A stretch of DNA of 64,000 nucleotides from Botryllus schlosseri (Eukaryota). Position 1 is the first letter of the stretch. Each line of letters starts with the position of its first letter. A model generated the notes under the pieces. That model did not search any database. It was not told where the DNA came from and worked only from the letters and a program-made list of their open reading frames with translations. The position numbers and the translations under genes are program-made. Positions 13,710-27,242 of the stretch are shown here, in pieces. The DNA lies in assembly GCA_051294905.1 (NCBI GenBank), contig CM119377.1, positions 13,454,001 through 13,518,000 of the forward strand, given 5' to 3'.

Positions 13710-16700
13710 ATCTGTACCATACATATTTTGTTTCATATTGTTCATATGTATGGTATTTTCATTAAACAGCTGCAAGTGTTCTTCAATGTCTATCGTCCGT
13801 CACGCACAAAGGCTTTAGTTTTGATAAGCGCCACTATCCCCACTAGTTTTTACTTCGATCACCATTGACTGCGCTGAATACTGGCCTTTGCCTTTGGGTG
13901 ACCAGTGACCACTCGTGACCAGCGTGATCTGTAGTTACTATGCTGTTATGTTTGGTCATGGGTGTGCACTTGTGCAGTGCACACTGTGCAGGCTACGACT
14001 CAGAGGAAAATTATGCGAACATACATTAAAATTTAGAAAATATGTTTGGACTAAGCTCAAGGGGGCTAAAAGAAGGGACAAAAATCAATAAATACAGGCT
14101 ACATATGATGACTTTGGGTATGATAACAATTTACCTGCAGGTATAAATTTTTGAAGTATACTGCGTACAGTACGACATCACCGTTGACATTTCTTTATGA
14201 GAAGATTGGCCTAGCATAGCAACTACTAAAATGCTTACACGTGGTTAACAGTATCAAAGCGTTATATCTGACACGCTTGTCAAAAAGGTTACACACCCCT
14301 GTGTTAGATCATGGCTAACTATATCCAAAATTAAGTTCTCGTTTGCCGCGGAATTCCAAAAACAGAGTATCATTTTCTATGCGGGGGTTGTGCCCTAAGC
14401 GAATTGATGATAATTGTATATTATTTTTTCAACTCTACCCATGAGAACTAGTTGATATGGTAAAACACTCGACTTCCTGTAATTTTGAAAAATGTATTAC
14501 CAATATGAAGAATACAATATGTCTCTAGTCTCTCTATTTTAGACACATTTAAGAATCCGTGAAAGAAAGTGTGACATTTGTCAATGGATGATCAACCAAG
14601 CCTGGGTTCGGAATCTCCAAATTATTCAATACTTCATTAACACCATCCGATGATTTATATCAGGGGTGTGCACGTGTACTTTGTCCAACCTTTTTGAAAG
14701 CCGACCAGATACAGGTAACGCCGCACATCTAGGCATTCTGAGTATGTTCAAGCCAAGGTACATCATATCATCAAGAATTCGTAACAGTGAGTGATGGTGA
14801 AACTTTAAAATAAAATTTAAAAATTGGACTACCCGTACAAATCGCGAATAGCAGAAGAAACATTGCGTCAAGCGTGAAAAATATTTTCAGGTCATTGAAT
14901 AAATTTCGCCACAAATGGTCATGTGAAAAGTCAGTATATGCATATTCCTGTGATGTTAGTGTTTTCATGACTTTACTTGAGGTTACCTCAAATGTACTGA
15001 GCTGCACCCTAGTCGAAATTGGTATTTCTTAGCGCACCGCAAGATGTTCTCTGTGGGCACCAGGTTGCACATCCGTTGTGCCGCAAGTCACTTGAATTCG
15101 CTCGTGAATAAAGGTAGGGGTAAGTCTCGTGATCAGATTTGTACAATGGTTTCTCATTTTTACGGTGAATTGACAGTTCAGAGATCAGCATGAAACATAT
15201 TTCTTTTCAATTCAAAACATCAAGAGATTGTGACACAAGGACAGTAGGACACAACATAAAAGAGGCCAAACCACTTGGAAGAGTCAGCCAATCGAACACC
15301 CACCTTTGGCCTACAGATAATAATGAAAATATGGAAATGTAAAATATGAGGTATGCAAATATACGCGCTGAAGGGAAAATAACAAAATAATGCATAAGAT
15401 GGACGGGTTATGAAATTGAATTGACATATGTCGCCAGGATTAGGGATGTCGTCCGGTATTATAGCAATAATATGACTCCATGGTGCCGTAAAATACTCAA
15501 GTCAGCTTGTAAAGTACCACCTTGTTCTAACAAATGAATATCACACGAATTCACGTTTCCCGATTCGGCGAAATTTCGCCTCAAAATGGCGGATTTGGTC
15601 TCTCGCGTAATTAAGGTAAATTGCGGCGTTGCCCGATCATCGTGTCTAGCGGGTGAAAGTGCATCTTTTCCATACGCTCACGTTTTGTTTTCGTAATTAT
15701 CCCACAGCGGCTACGCGAGACTTTATCTTGATATAACGCTATTTAAGGCTCGGTCATGAACTCAAATTACAAATTAACGATTTTACCTGGGCTCATGAGC
15801 TATTGTTATTTTTTAGGCTTACGCCCGGTTTGGTGAATTAGCGTCTTCGCCGAAACCATGTATATTTGCACGCGGTGACTATGATTAATGCTAACGTATT
15901 TATCTATATTTGTGATTGATCCTTTCGCCCGCTTCAATGCACTGATGATAATGAATATCACTGCATAGTGCACGCAGTCAGTGTGAGTGATTGAACGCAT
16001 GGAGAATATTTGTTCGCTTTGGGAAGTCACATGCCGCTGTAAGATCCCAATCGCTGCGTTATTGTCATAAGATAGCCCTTCGTTCAAGCTGACGAAAATG
16101 TATGTTACATTGAGGTCTGATATACACTGCAAAACTACCTGGAGCGTTTCAAAGTACGTGTAAGACAGATGACACCCTACACATAGTACTCATGACCTTG
16201 GTATAACACCTCATTTACGCTCTAACCAATACGGTTGAATCTATACTGGAAGAGCAATGGTATAGGAATATCAACAACGCTAATAATCCGTCTGTTATTG
16301 CTACTTCAACTGCACCGCAGCTATAGCTATACGGTGTTTTTCCGGACGATTAGTACCAACGGCATGAACTTGAGGACTCATTGATTACAGTCTGTATTAA
16401 TATGAATCTACTTTGCTACATTTCAATTGCGAAGATCTACCAACAACTCATTACTCTTCCCCCGGTTATGCCACTTCAAATTGCCGTGACGGATGGTATC
16501 GAAACGCGGCGAAAATGTGAGATCCCACCGAGCTGGTCACTGTCTGCGTCTATCCACGAAACCACGACTAAATACACACAGCCCGAATTTACACTGCCTC
16601 ACTCGAAAAACACGCACTGATCTAAGCGCTGGATCGCTCTGGCGGCTTAGCGAACGGAAATTACGAGGCCAATCTCGACCAATCACAAGAAAAAATGTCG

Positions 16701-18040
16701 CCGAATAATTAAATCGAGATACGACCGCCGCTTTTCGCCAGAACCACTCAAAATCAAAGCGTAAAGATCTCCAGTGAGGCTTGTTAGTTTTTTTCTTGAA
16801 TAGATCGATACGGCTGAAAAATCTGAGACAAGATGTAGACGCTCGAGGAACTACACGGAATATAGATCGATTTGGATCCGACATATCTCATGCTAGGTAG
16901 AAGCCCGTATCTTAAAATTATTTGCAAAATTTAATTTTAACCCTCTTCGCGCCGCGACTAATTGACCTTCGCACAATGCAATGATAAGGGGACCGCGGCA
17001 CTTGACAAGGAGTCATATTTATGTCTCGCGATGTATTCCCAAACAGCATGCGGTATTTGCTCACTTCTCCTATTGTAGTCACCGCGCGGGTTATATTTTA
17101 TTAAAATATTTGGACCGTAATTACTCAAAAATTAACGCAAGGCTGGCTCATAAAAGACCCGCGGATCAGGGCGAGAAGAGAAAAAGACGAAAAGGCGACT
17201 CGGGGATGATAAAAGAAAGGCAAACGTTCGGCAGATCGAAAAGAGGGAATTCTCACTAATTGCGAAAAAAATTTAATCCATTTATATCTTTGACCCGTTG
17301 TTATTAGGGTCCTGGTATTGGTAACGGCAATTATCTCATGGTAGATTAGCGCGGAATGGGTAAAGGCAAGATCCCCCAGCTGGAAAATTACGCGTAATTG
17401 GGTTGACGGATATAATGAACCGGAGTGGAGCCAAAATATAGAAGCGTATTTATTGCAGCGTTTGGTATGAATAATAAGCCCCGTGTTTACTGTGGGACAT
17501 TAAAAAGGAATTATCCAGCGCAAAAATAAGGACACACGTGATGGTTCTTGGTGTTTATCAAAGCCTAATACTTACTAGGTATCTTCGGTGAATACAAAAC
17601 GTGCTGTTATTAATGTAATTGAGGCTTAAGACGAATTCAAACACGGTATATTCAAAGAAAACCGGCCTTTCTCCATAATTACTTTAGAAAATCATAATTT
17701 TGCAATAAAATGACATCGTGAGTAGGTGGATCGTCAGATGTGTTGATGTCATTCTCGAACTGTAAGACACACAACCGGTGCAATGACAGCGTCCAATAAT
17801 TACTAGCTCGACATCCAAACAATTAATCTAAAAATCAGGCATAAGATACACAACACATGCCTATGTGAGATTGCTCAAATTACTTGAGTCTTGTGAGACC
17901 AGCCAGTTAATTTAAAGTCCCAAAACTTTCTTTTCTTAGGACATTTCGGGTACCGTTCCGACAGGTCTGGTCAGGAAGGAATTCACTCAATTCTAGTACG
18001 AAAACGGCATTAGATGCCGCTAGAATACCTTGAAACTTAA

Positions 18041-18230
18041 GGGGGGAGACTACCCCTGAAAATGAAATAAATTCAAAATTTGTGATACCGAGAGACAGAG
18101 ACGTTCGATGGAGATGTACCCAGCACCCACTATAGATTGCAGCGATGTTGCGACATTACTGGGATTGATTCCGTACCAAAATTAGAGATGTTCGAAATGA
18201 CTCCCGCATGGCTGGAAATGATTGTCTTTA
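18041..18230. mobile_element. Possible Kolobok/piggyBac-like single end (TTAA followed by GGGGGGAGACTACCCCT)
   Basis: ttaa|ggggggagactacccctgaaaatg with MITE-like internal sequence; partner end not found. A similar orphan ttaa|ggtggaaaacc lies at 43620. Confidence 0.3.
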
Positions 18231-21200
18231 CAAGGATTTGAATTCACTGCCGATTTAGCAATATTATTGTTGAGGTTTCTTCATAACTATAGACGACAGT
18301 AAAGAGGGCGGGTTGATATGCTGTCTCATCAACAGTAATACCTGACATCCACCTAAAATAAGTACAGGTGAATGAATGCACTATTAACTGGATTACCCCA
18401 ATTCTCGATCAAACTCCTACTTTATTGAACATACGCAAGTATCGTGGTAGAATACTGATTTATCACCAATTTATAATTTCTATAGAAAATTCGGCAGACA
18501 ATTGAATAATATATTCATATTAGAAGAGTTGCTTGGTGGTACAATTGAAATATTCATATCGAAATTATCCGGAATATTTACGGCGAACTGTCGTCAGAGG
18601 TAGTATTCATATTGAGTAAATAAAGACTGCTCAAGTGCTCAGCATACTGCTAAAATTCGGTCAAGCGTAGACGAGAGTACATCTGAGTCGAATCCACCCT
18701 ACCTTTCTCTCTCCATTTTCTCTCTCTTTCGATATAGCACATGACATATTTTCATACGAGTCGTGATATATTGGTGATGCTAATTGCTCCGTCGGTCCGC
18801 CCGCTTCAAAGCGCAGGAAACACCGACGCAACTTCGATTGTCAATATCAAGTTTTCGCGTGAATCACCATTCAACTCTGATTGGCGGTACATTGTCAATT
18901 TTGTCGTGACTAATAATGTAGATAAACTGGCATCGATTGATAACATGACCTTCGCGCACACACGAATATTATATCTCAGATAAACGGTAGACGACATACG
19001 ACACGAAAGGATAGCCTACATCAGATGTAGCCTGAAGTCTATTTTCGGATATTTTAGCCTGCAATACAATCTTGTGAAATGATGTATCTGAATAATGTCC
19101 ATCAACGCTGGACAGCGTTAATGGGCGGCGCTCGAATGACTCTACTTCGTTTATCATTAGTTCAAAACCACCACCATTATAGCTGAGTACCATGCTTATT
19201 GCTTATGTATTAATAGAAATCGCTAATCGTCAGCTTTAATTGCAATATATAATTAGGTGTGATTTAAATAAATAAGATTTGATAATTAACGCAGCACGTG
19301 TTTGGTTGTGTCATTTACTGCACGAGGCACAATGCTCGGGACTATTCTTCATGAAATATCGCAATTTTTAGAGGTCGAAATAAGTGTATATTATGCAGCT
19401 AGAATTGAAATAGCAGGCATAGAATCTCTCTCGCGACAACCTAATGTAATTGAACTCTCTTAATTTGCGCCAGTATTGACATCTGGGATCAAGTTCTATT
19501 GAGTCAAAACGATAACCAGGCCACATTGTACCCATTCCCGAACTGATTAGGAGCGCGACGCGCCTATAAAATATCCTTGGCGATATCTTTTGCGGAGTTC
19601 ACTCCAGATTTTGGAGAGATAGTCGATTTGATTTAACATCAACGCCACCACCTGGTACCGAATTTTACATTGACACTACTATAAGCTATGAACTGGTATT
19701 GTCCCTGGCCATATTTCTAATGACTAAAACATTGCTAAAAATAAATATATGTATATGGGAATTGGGTCCTTGCAGTAGAAACGATAAACCTCGATCGATG
19801 GTTACTGGACATTGAAATGAATGTATGTAAATGATCAGCAAAGGCCCAAAACAGCTCAAAAATAATTTTGCAAAGAAATGATATGGGGATATATATTTTC
19901 AGTAACAAATTTTTTTACGATTCCCATTCCACATCACAATCAGAACGTAACGTATCACGGCTGCTATGGAATAGAAAGGCCGGTAGCCCTAATAACTTTG
20001 TGACTAATACCGTTGACTGTATTTTATAATTGAATAAAATATTATTATCATTTGATGGCTATTACCATCAGTGTGAAGTGAGAATGAAAGTCGGGCAAGG
20101 AGTTTAAAAATGTAAATATATGCGAAAAATATGATCTTTGATGTCTGAATGAGGTTTTAACCGAATTCTTCACAGCCATAATTTCAATTTCCATCTATGC
20201 CCTGCTGAGTTTCCTAACTCAATCGCGAATTAATCCTTTCCATGACCCACAAGGGAGGACGCGGGTTGTCGGAAGATGAGGGGAATTGTAGAAAAGTACG
20301 CAACCTACAAATAAATGAGTTATCGATATGCTAATTGATGGAGTCTGATTGAAAACTCGATTTATGCGATAATTATGGGACTTGATTCTTGCGTTGCGGT
20401 GGCGGACGATTTTATTTCATCCCATGAGTATTAGCTATATGCGTAAATATAACTATAAATTTATTATGCTCAAAACTTTGACTCGTATATCCTTATTAAC
20501 CTCTTTCACGGAGGCCAAACGCACTTACGGTTTGCAATATTCAGTTTTCGGAATAATTCAAACGTGTACGCTCCGACACAGAACAATTTGCATACTTTAC
20601 GAGTGCATCTCATTATCATTCGCCTGCGTAACGGCGTATAGGAGATGTGATTATGCATTGATAAAGTCGAGAAAATTTAGTAATTGCCGATCTTGTTATT
20701 ATCGAAATTATAATGATTTGATTGTAATCCCGCATCAGAGCAGCAGCGTAAATCCCCATAGTCAAAGATGAGTCCTATCAAAGTGCAGAATCAATATTTA
20801 TAAATATTGTTTCCGTGCTCACGCTCTGTCCCAGAGATATGACAGCATACATTTTGGCGAGTATGATTTGCTATGATATAGTCCATAATTATCATTATTT
20901 CTATCGATTTTTTGTGTTATTGCAATTATCAATTGGAAGGTGAACTGTCTATAACTGCAAATTTCTATAAAGCTCTCCAACCAAATACAAACCAGTTATT
21001 TCCGTGGCAACGCAATGGTATCTATTAGCTTCTAATGCCTGGAAGTATACGCTGCACAAGTCATACCACATCTAACCGGCGCAAATAAATGATGTGAACA
21101 AAATGGCAACAGCATTTTAAAGTAGCACCGAACTTTACCGAACTCAGCAACACTCGGACCGCTATGAAAGAATTTTGCCACAAAACTTCCACAAATTTAC

Positions 21201-21452
21201 TCGAATTCAGGAATGCTGCCTATGAAAGTTGGAGCATTATATTAACCCGCAATTGTAATAAACAGTCGCTGATACCAGCAAATATTTGTTGAACTCTAAT
21301 ACTTTTTAACAGAAACATATTTTTTGTCACAGTGTAAGACTTAGTTACACTGCTTGAAGAGACTTTCGGAGGTACAGAACCTAAATATGTAATGGAATAA
21401 CATATTCATATTGAAATAAGCCCGAATATTTTCGGCAGAAGTAATCGCCGGC

Positions 21453-21495
21453 AATTACCCCTGACGAGTGTCAGCCGAAAACTTTCGGGTTTATT
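21453..21495 (+). ncRNA. Candidate minimal type I hammerhead ribozyme
   Basis: accc-CTGACGA-G(tgtcagc)C-GAAA-actt-TC-gggt: core boxes at 21461-21467 and 21477-21480, stem I accc/gggt, 1-bp stem II, putative cleavage after C21486. Related copies at 21408-21452 (-) and 18555-18603 (-). Confidence 0.4.
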
Positions 21496-22427
21496 TCAAT
21501 ATGTGTACTTCTTTTATAAGCATCCACTACACTGCTCAGCTACTTACACATTGAACCAGCGAATTGCTTGTAAGATAGTAAATTTTTTTTAGCTGATCTA
21601 ATAAAAAACTATGCAGGAGACAAAGAATTATTATCAATGTCGCGAAATTATCACACAAACCAATTTTGAAGTTCCAGATAAATCAAGAGATTACTAGATG
21701 AAAAAATTCACATATCCCGCACGTACTCACGACATCAAATTCGCAATCGTCCTGCTCACTGACAAATTCCCGTTTCCCATAGGATGATTGCGGTACAAGA
21801 GAGGAATTATTTTCGAGCTTTTTTCGCGTAATTTTAATGCTTTTGTGTTCGTCACGGCTGGAACCCACCATTCAGCGCATAGCCGTAATAATCCGTACTG
21901 TACCACCATGTGCGCAGTTTATCATTACCTTTTTTCTTGCGAAATTCCGCTTGATTTTCCAATTACCCGCAAGACTTAACGACTACGTGTGAAATCCCGG
22001 GATATCCTCATGATAAATTCATAGGGCCGAGTTCGCGCAAATCACAGACGCTTTCAAGTGTACAGTTTATCTGGTTTTGGACGTGTGGGTATAGGCTACT
22101 CGTGATTGACTTGCAACCGAAGAGCGAATCGTGACAGCGAGGTCGTCATTGGATTGCAATTATCGTGCGTACTTTATCGCGGATATATCTCCACAGCATT
22201 GTCACAACACTGCATTGTTGCTAAAAACCTATCAATAAGTGACGGGCATCTTGATATCATTGGAAATGACGTATAAAGATTTATTCCTTTCGATTGTACA
22301 GGTATTTATTGGGATGTGTAATAGTATGTCGTATGTCGTATGTAGTATGATGAATTGTCGAACGGTCGTGGATCACATGGGGTAACAATTTGTCATGTTC
22401 ACGCCATATTCAAAGCAGGTATTTTAG

Positions 22428-23018
22428 CAGAGGGGTGGGGTAACGAATTGCTTCTACTTTTTCCCAATATCCAAGGCGGTTCTAACTACTTCTACTATAC
22501 TTACTCGAGTGGCTATGTTCCTCACTACTTTCACTTCTACTTAACAGTTGTTTTAGGCAAATTTATCGTAGGCCCCGGCAAAACTACCTACAATTTACAC
22601 ATTCGCTTATTTAAAGTAGAAAGTTATTTTGGGATACGCTGGCATCACTTTTATGAGAGAAATTGTCATGACAATTGGGCGAAAAAGCCCCTGTATCACT
22701 GTAACTGAATCGACTTTGGAAAATTGCAGCTATTCGTGGCGTCACTGGTCAGTTTCGGTTACTCGTGAAGATGGACCCTGCAATTTATGGATTGGCGCCC
22801 TCCGATTACCAGCTAAAAGTATGCGACGCATACACTAAATCTACTTTTAGGAACCATTACTGACTTGAATACTTTTAATTTCTTTACTTTCTACTTTTGC
22901 TTGGCGTAGATGTGACATGTCTTTGAAATTTCGACTTCCGCTTGTAACTGAGTAGAAACATGAGGCATTACTTCTACTGCTACTGAAGTAGCCACGTCGA
23001 CTATTTTAACCGTCTCTG
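22428..23018 (-). mobile_element. Older copy of the cagaggtggtca (agtaga-repeat) MITE family, inverted relative to 54589-55868
   Basis: Ends cagaggggtggggtaacga / ctattttaaccgtctctg with ctactt repeats align to the reverse complement of 54589-55868; no TSD retained. Explains spurious ORF 22355..22708. Confidence 0.7.
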
Positions 23019-25179
23019 TCAGCTGGTCTGTGTTTGGGTGTCACAATGAACATAACAAAAGTATGACAAGACGACTGATTGCTCATTGAATATAACTAAT
23101 TAACCATGGACTACGCAGAGGTTATGAAAATCTGTTTAAAGCAATCTAACATGTTTACGAACACAAACCGGCTTATAGTTTATTTTACGACTATGGGTAT
23201 AATGGTGAATATAGTTGATAATGAGCATAGCGAAGTTTCCAATGAGATATATGCTACGGGCTTAAGAATCTCAAATTCATCTTTGAGATCTTCTTGACCT
23301 CATATATCGTCTAGCCTGGTTTTGTGCACCGGGTATATGTGTGAATCAAAATCACAACTACAATTACGTGACACGTACACTATTACGCACGGCAAGGTCT
23401 TTAAAGTTTGGAGCTTTCGAGCAACTTATATCATCACCCACCAGCGTTTAATCTTCTGTATTACCATAATTCACGAAACCACCAAGAAAAATTCACGATA
23501 CCGCGAAATTAGACCCAATTATATGAACCCGTTGCAGAACTAAAAGACAAAGATTTACCCGATCCTTAAGAATCGCAATTATCATATCTCGAGCGCAATT
23601 TTGGGGTGTCGGATTGCAAAGGTCGGCACAATTTTCAACGCGTAATTACACCCCCTCGATACGCGAAAACAACACTATTACCGTATTAGGTGACGTATAA
23701 TTAATGGTAGATGCGCGCATTTCCGGAATAGATTAAGGAAAAATACGGAAAAATAAATGGCCCACAGAGTTTAATTCTCATCCTTGGAGTTTATTTGCCG
23801 AGAGCATGTTAACTAAACCGGCAAAACAAAATTTGCTAGATTCACGACAGCTTTCGTAATGTCTACAACACCTATCTGACTTGCCAAGCTACACCGGTCA
23901 TTTTTGCTCCTTGTTATTTCACGGATAGTGCAGCTTACGGATTGACTATAAGTCCATCAGTGTAGTGAATGCTTAGTTCCAACCAATGCCTCCTCGTCAC
24001 TGTACCAGAATGTCAATTTATGTACGCAAAAAATGGATATAAAGCGTTTAGTTAAATATCACATTCCCCACTTTGCAATACGACACACATATCCATGCTT
24101 CACAGAAACACGAAATGCTGGCGATACCAGATCCAAAATCCAAATAAAGGCGATGCGGTATATAGAATAGTCAGACAGAATCAACGCCTCGGTGGCATTC
24201 TATAATGACAGGTTTTGAGATCGCGACAGGCAGTGATCTCATTACAAACTCAAAGCCCGATAGTTTAGACAGGACAGTCCGGGAATAAATTAACTCGAGA
24301 TCGCACCCTCCCAATTAGATACCCGTCATCTTTTATTTAATAGTAGTTTGAATCGAGAGTAAGCTAACCCTCTCAATCGCGTTTGACAACGCCGATACAT
24401 GCGCACCAGCGTTCGTGCTACAAAGTCAGCTTGAATTATGAGGTGATATTCTATTGGTGCAGTGACATTATTTTGATAACCGTGAGAGCGGAACCAATGT
24501 GAATAATAATGAGACATATGGGTCGATGTTTTGAGCTTGGTTCATTGAAACGTCGTTATTAGGACAGATACGTTGCTGATTTGACGTTGTTTACAGCAAA
24601 GCGAACACAATTAGGTCTGCGTCTGCCTTTCCCGTATTAATCACCGACGAAGCAGGCGTTCCCATAAATTTTTAACGGGCCGGGCGTGTAAGGTCGATTC
24701 CGCAACAAATTAGGAAATTAAAACGTCGATTAGTCGCATCATTATTCATTTGAATGCCATCGACTGTCGTTACAAGTTTCTGAACGCCGAACTACCTCCT
24801 GTTCGAGAATGACTGTTTCGAACCGCACAACGCCCTTTCATCTCGACAGATTAACTACATGCCACACCGATGGAAAATGATGTTGCCTTTTTTGTATTCT
24901 TGATGTTTGCAACTTCCTGGATCTACCGCTAATCAGAATCAGAAGTGCAGATTGCCTTGTGCTGGTCGCGCTTGGTACAAGGCAATAACAGTCATTACAT
25001 TACCTGAAATTCGTACGAAACTACATCACAATCACATATCTGCGACTTCAACTTGCCTGAAATTTTGGATGTAGAAGTATGTTGAATTGGTGATGGATGT
25101 GAGGCATGATATGGTATCAGTAATATGCAGAGAGCCATGTTAAAATTGTGAAAACGTCCAAAATTTTACAGGTATACAT

Positions 25180-25636
25180 TAGGGCTCTTCAAAAATGACT
25201 TTTTTTCTCAAATCCTACTGGCTACTTGATAAAATTGTTAGGTTACCTAATTTAAGTCTACACACCAAATTTGGTTCAATTCCAACCAGTAGCCGCATTG
25301 CTACAGGAGGAGAAAGTTTATATTTATTATATAAAAATAAATAGCAAAAAATTTGAAAATTTTCTGTTTACCCCACGAAAGTGTTAGGTTATGTATAGAA
25401 ACGATGTTCACCAAATTTGGTTCAATTCCAACCAGTGGAAGCGGAGTTATGGCCGTCGAAAAATTTGGTTTATGAATAAAATAGTATTTACGGTGACCAA
25501 TTCTTTAATTATTTATTATAGTGGTTCCCACCGTAAATACTATTTTATTCAAATCCAAATTTAGGTAAGGTAACCTAACAATTTTATCAAGTAGCCAGTA
25601 CGATTTAAGAAAAAAGGTCATTTTTGAAGAGCCCTA
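25180..25636. mobile_element. hAT-like MITE related to the 4035 and 62351 foldback family
   Basis: TIR tagggctcttcaaaaatgac / gtcatttttgaagagcccta; TSD gtatacat vs gtaaacat; shares the internal cacaccaaatttggttcaatt motif. Confidence 0.88.
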
Positions 25637-26399
25637 GTAAACATTCGTATTTTGTATTGGAGATTGATTGGCCAGTTCTGATCAGTGTCATCCCCATGGA
25701 CGGATGGCAACTGAGCAGTGGGTACCGAACAAGAACAGCAGCCTGTATAGACTTGCATATCCAATTTGATATCAACAAGTGTGTGTGTGAAAGAATCCAC
25801 GATTTGAAAGAGTCACCAATAAGTTTCGCGAGTAGAAGAAGGATATTAAGGATACTACTTTCTATCCATATCGATGCCCGTCATGTAGCTTCTACATATG
25901 GCGCACTATACGAGTAATGGTTTTAAAATCCGTATAATACGTGCCATTCCATCCTAGGATCTAAGGCGTGAACAGTCAGAAATGAACCCCGGTCAGTCGT
26001 CCAACGTTATGGAGATGTTGCCATACGAGTAAAAGGTTTCCTGGTGCATTGCGGCGTCGTGTCCCTGATGTGGTGTTATGTGTTTGTGTCCCATATACCA
26101 CTCATATACAGGGCACGGTATGTATCTAAAGCTGTGGTAGTGTGGCCCATGCACAATCAGACGACCACATATAAATTTAAGTCAGTTCTGCTTAGTCATT
26201 TCTCCGTAGACGATCTGCAAGGCTCGTCGAATTTATAATGCGTGGGGATTCAAAGAGAGAATCAATTGGAATCAAATCTGCTATATCCAAAAAGTCACTA
26301 ATATTCCATAATACTTCGCTCTCTAATCCGTAATCAGTTTCCAACTATATCATCCATGCTTTCTATACTAGCTCAGAAAACCATTCGTGCAAAACCTAC

Positions 26400-26489
26400 C
26401 TCAATGGGACTCTGGGCATCGCTGTTCTCTTCCCCCTCGTCAGTAATTGGTTTCATAGAATGATAAGAAGCTTCGCCGTTCTTGAAAAC
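26400..26489 (-). CDS. Coding exon 3: VFKNGEASYHSMKPITDEGEENSDAQSPIE
   Basis: Acceptor aatctccttcag|g, donor gag|gtaggt; 90 nt, phase 0 to 0; only this frame is open and it continues exon 2. Confidence 0.78.
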
Positions 26490-27242
26490 CTGAAGGAGAT
26501 TCGTCAAAAATATGAACGCACGATCGATACCCAATTGCATGATGCGTGTCGGAAGTGATGGGTCAACGTATTACTACGAAATGTTTCCGTTCCCTTCGCC
26601 ATCTACGATTGATCAAAAGGAGTCGCAAAGATAATTATAATTGTCTAGTATAAAGACATCTATCCCTACCATTCTCATTCCTTTTTGTTATAGGTCCCTC
26701 AGTTTAGGCCGTATTATTAGAGCTGCAGCTAATAAATAATCCCCACAACCGAGCAGTAAAAGCAGGAGAACTGATGGCAACTTCCCCTCTATGTGCAGGT
26801 GCCGTATGCCTATTGCTTATGTTGGGACAACTTACGACTGTGAAACCTACCCATCGTGACCCTATCATGATTGCAGAAACTAAAATGCTTTAATAAGTCT
26901 GTAAATACCTATGACATATTATAGGATGCGACTCAGGACCACTCTAGGCATGGCAAAAATTTTGGGCTCGGAATAGGTAAATAGTGTACAATAGGCTGCA
27001 TACCACATGATGATATAGTAATAACATCTAACAGAATCCGATGAAACATGCTCCTATTCTACAGTACCCGTTGTACTTTGCGATCGTTGTCAGGAGTGGT
27101 GTGCAATCGTGCAACTGCAAATACGGCGCCTTCAAGGTTCAGTGATCGCATGACGTAACAATCTAGGAGGACGTTAGGTGGTGATGTGCAAAGCGCATAG
27201 AGCCGTGCGTTAAATATTCTATTCTTTCTCCAGGGTATAAGT

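Noticed and set aside
13957-13997. gtgtgcacttgtgcagtgcaca, also inverted at about 58273-58294
   Set aside because: Probably isolated ends of another MITE family; 44 kb apart with no matching TSD, so not one element.
15033-15119. Plus-strand 87-nt exon-like segment with strong donor ggg|gtaagt
   Set aside because: Isolated, no homology recognised, antisense to the host gene.
14626-15395. Chain of four adjacent minus-strand ORFs suggesting a decayed gene
   Set aside because: Frames are separated by stops and shifts, have no recognisable motif, and every frame from the best acceptor hits a stop.
17386-17399. Palindrome aattacgcgtaatt and recurrent CGTAATT motif through the window
   Set aside because: A rough expectation for this 7-mer on both strands at about 38% GC is around 13 per 64 kb, similar to what I saw; no enrichment shown.
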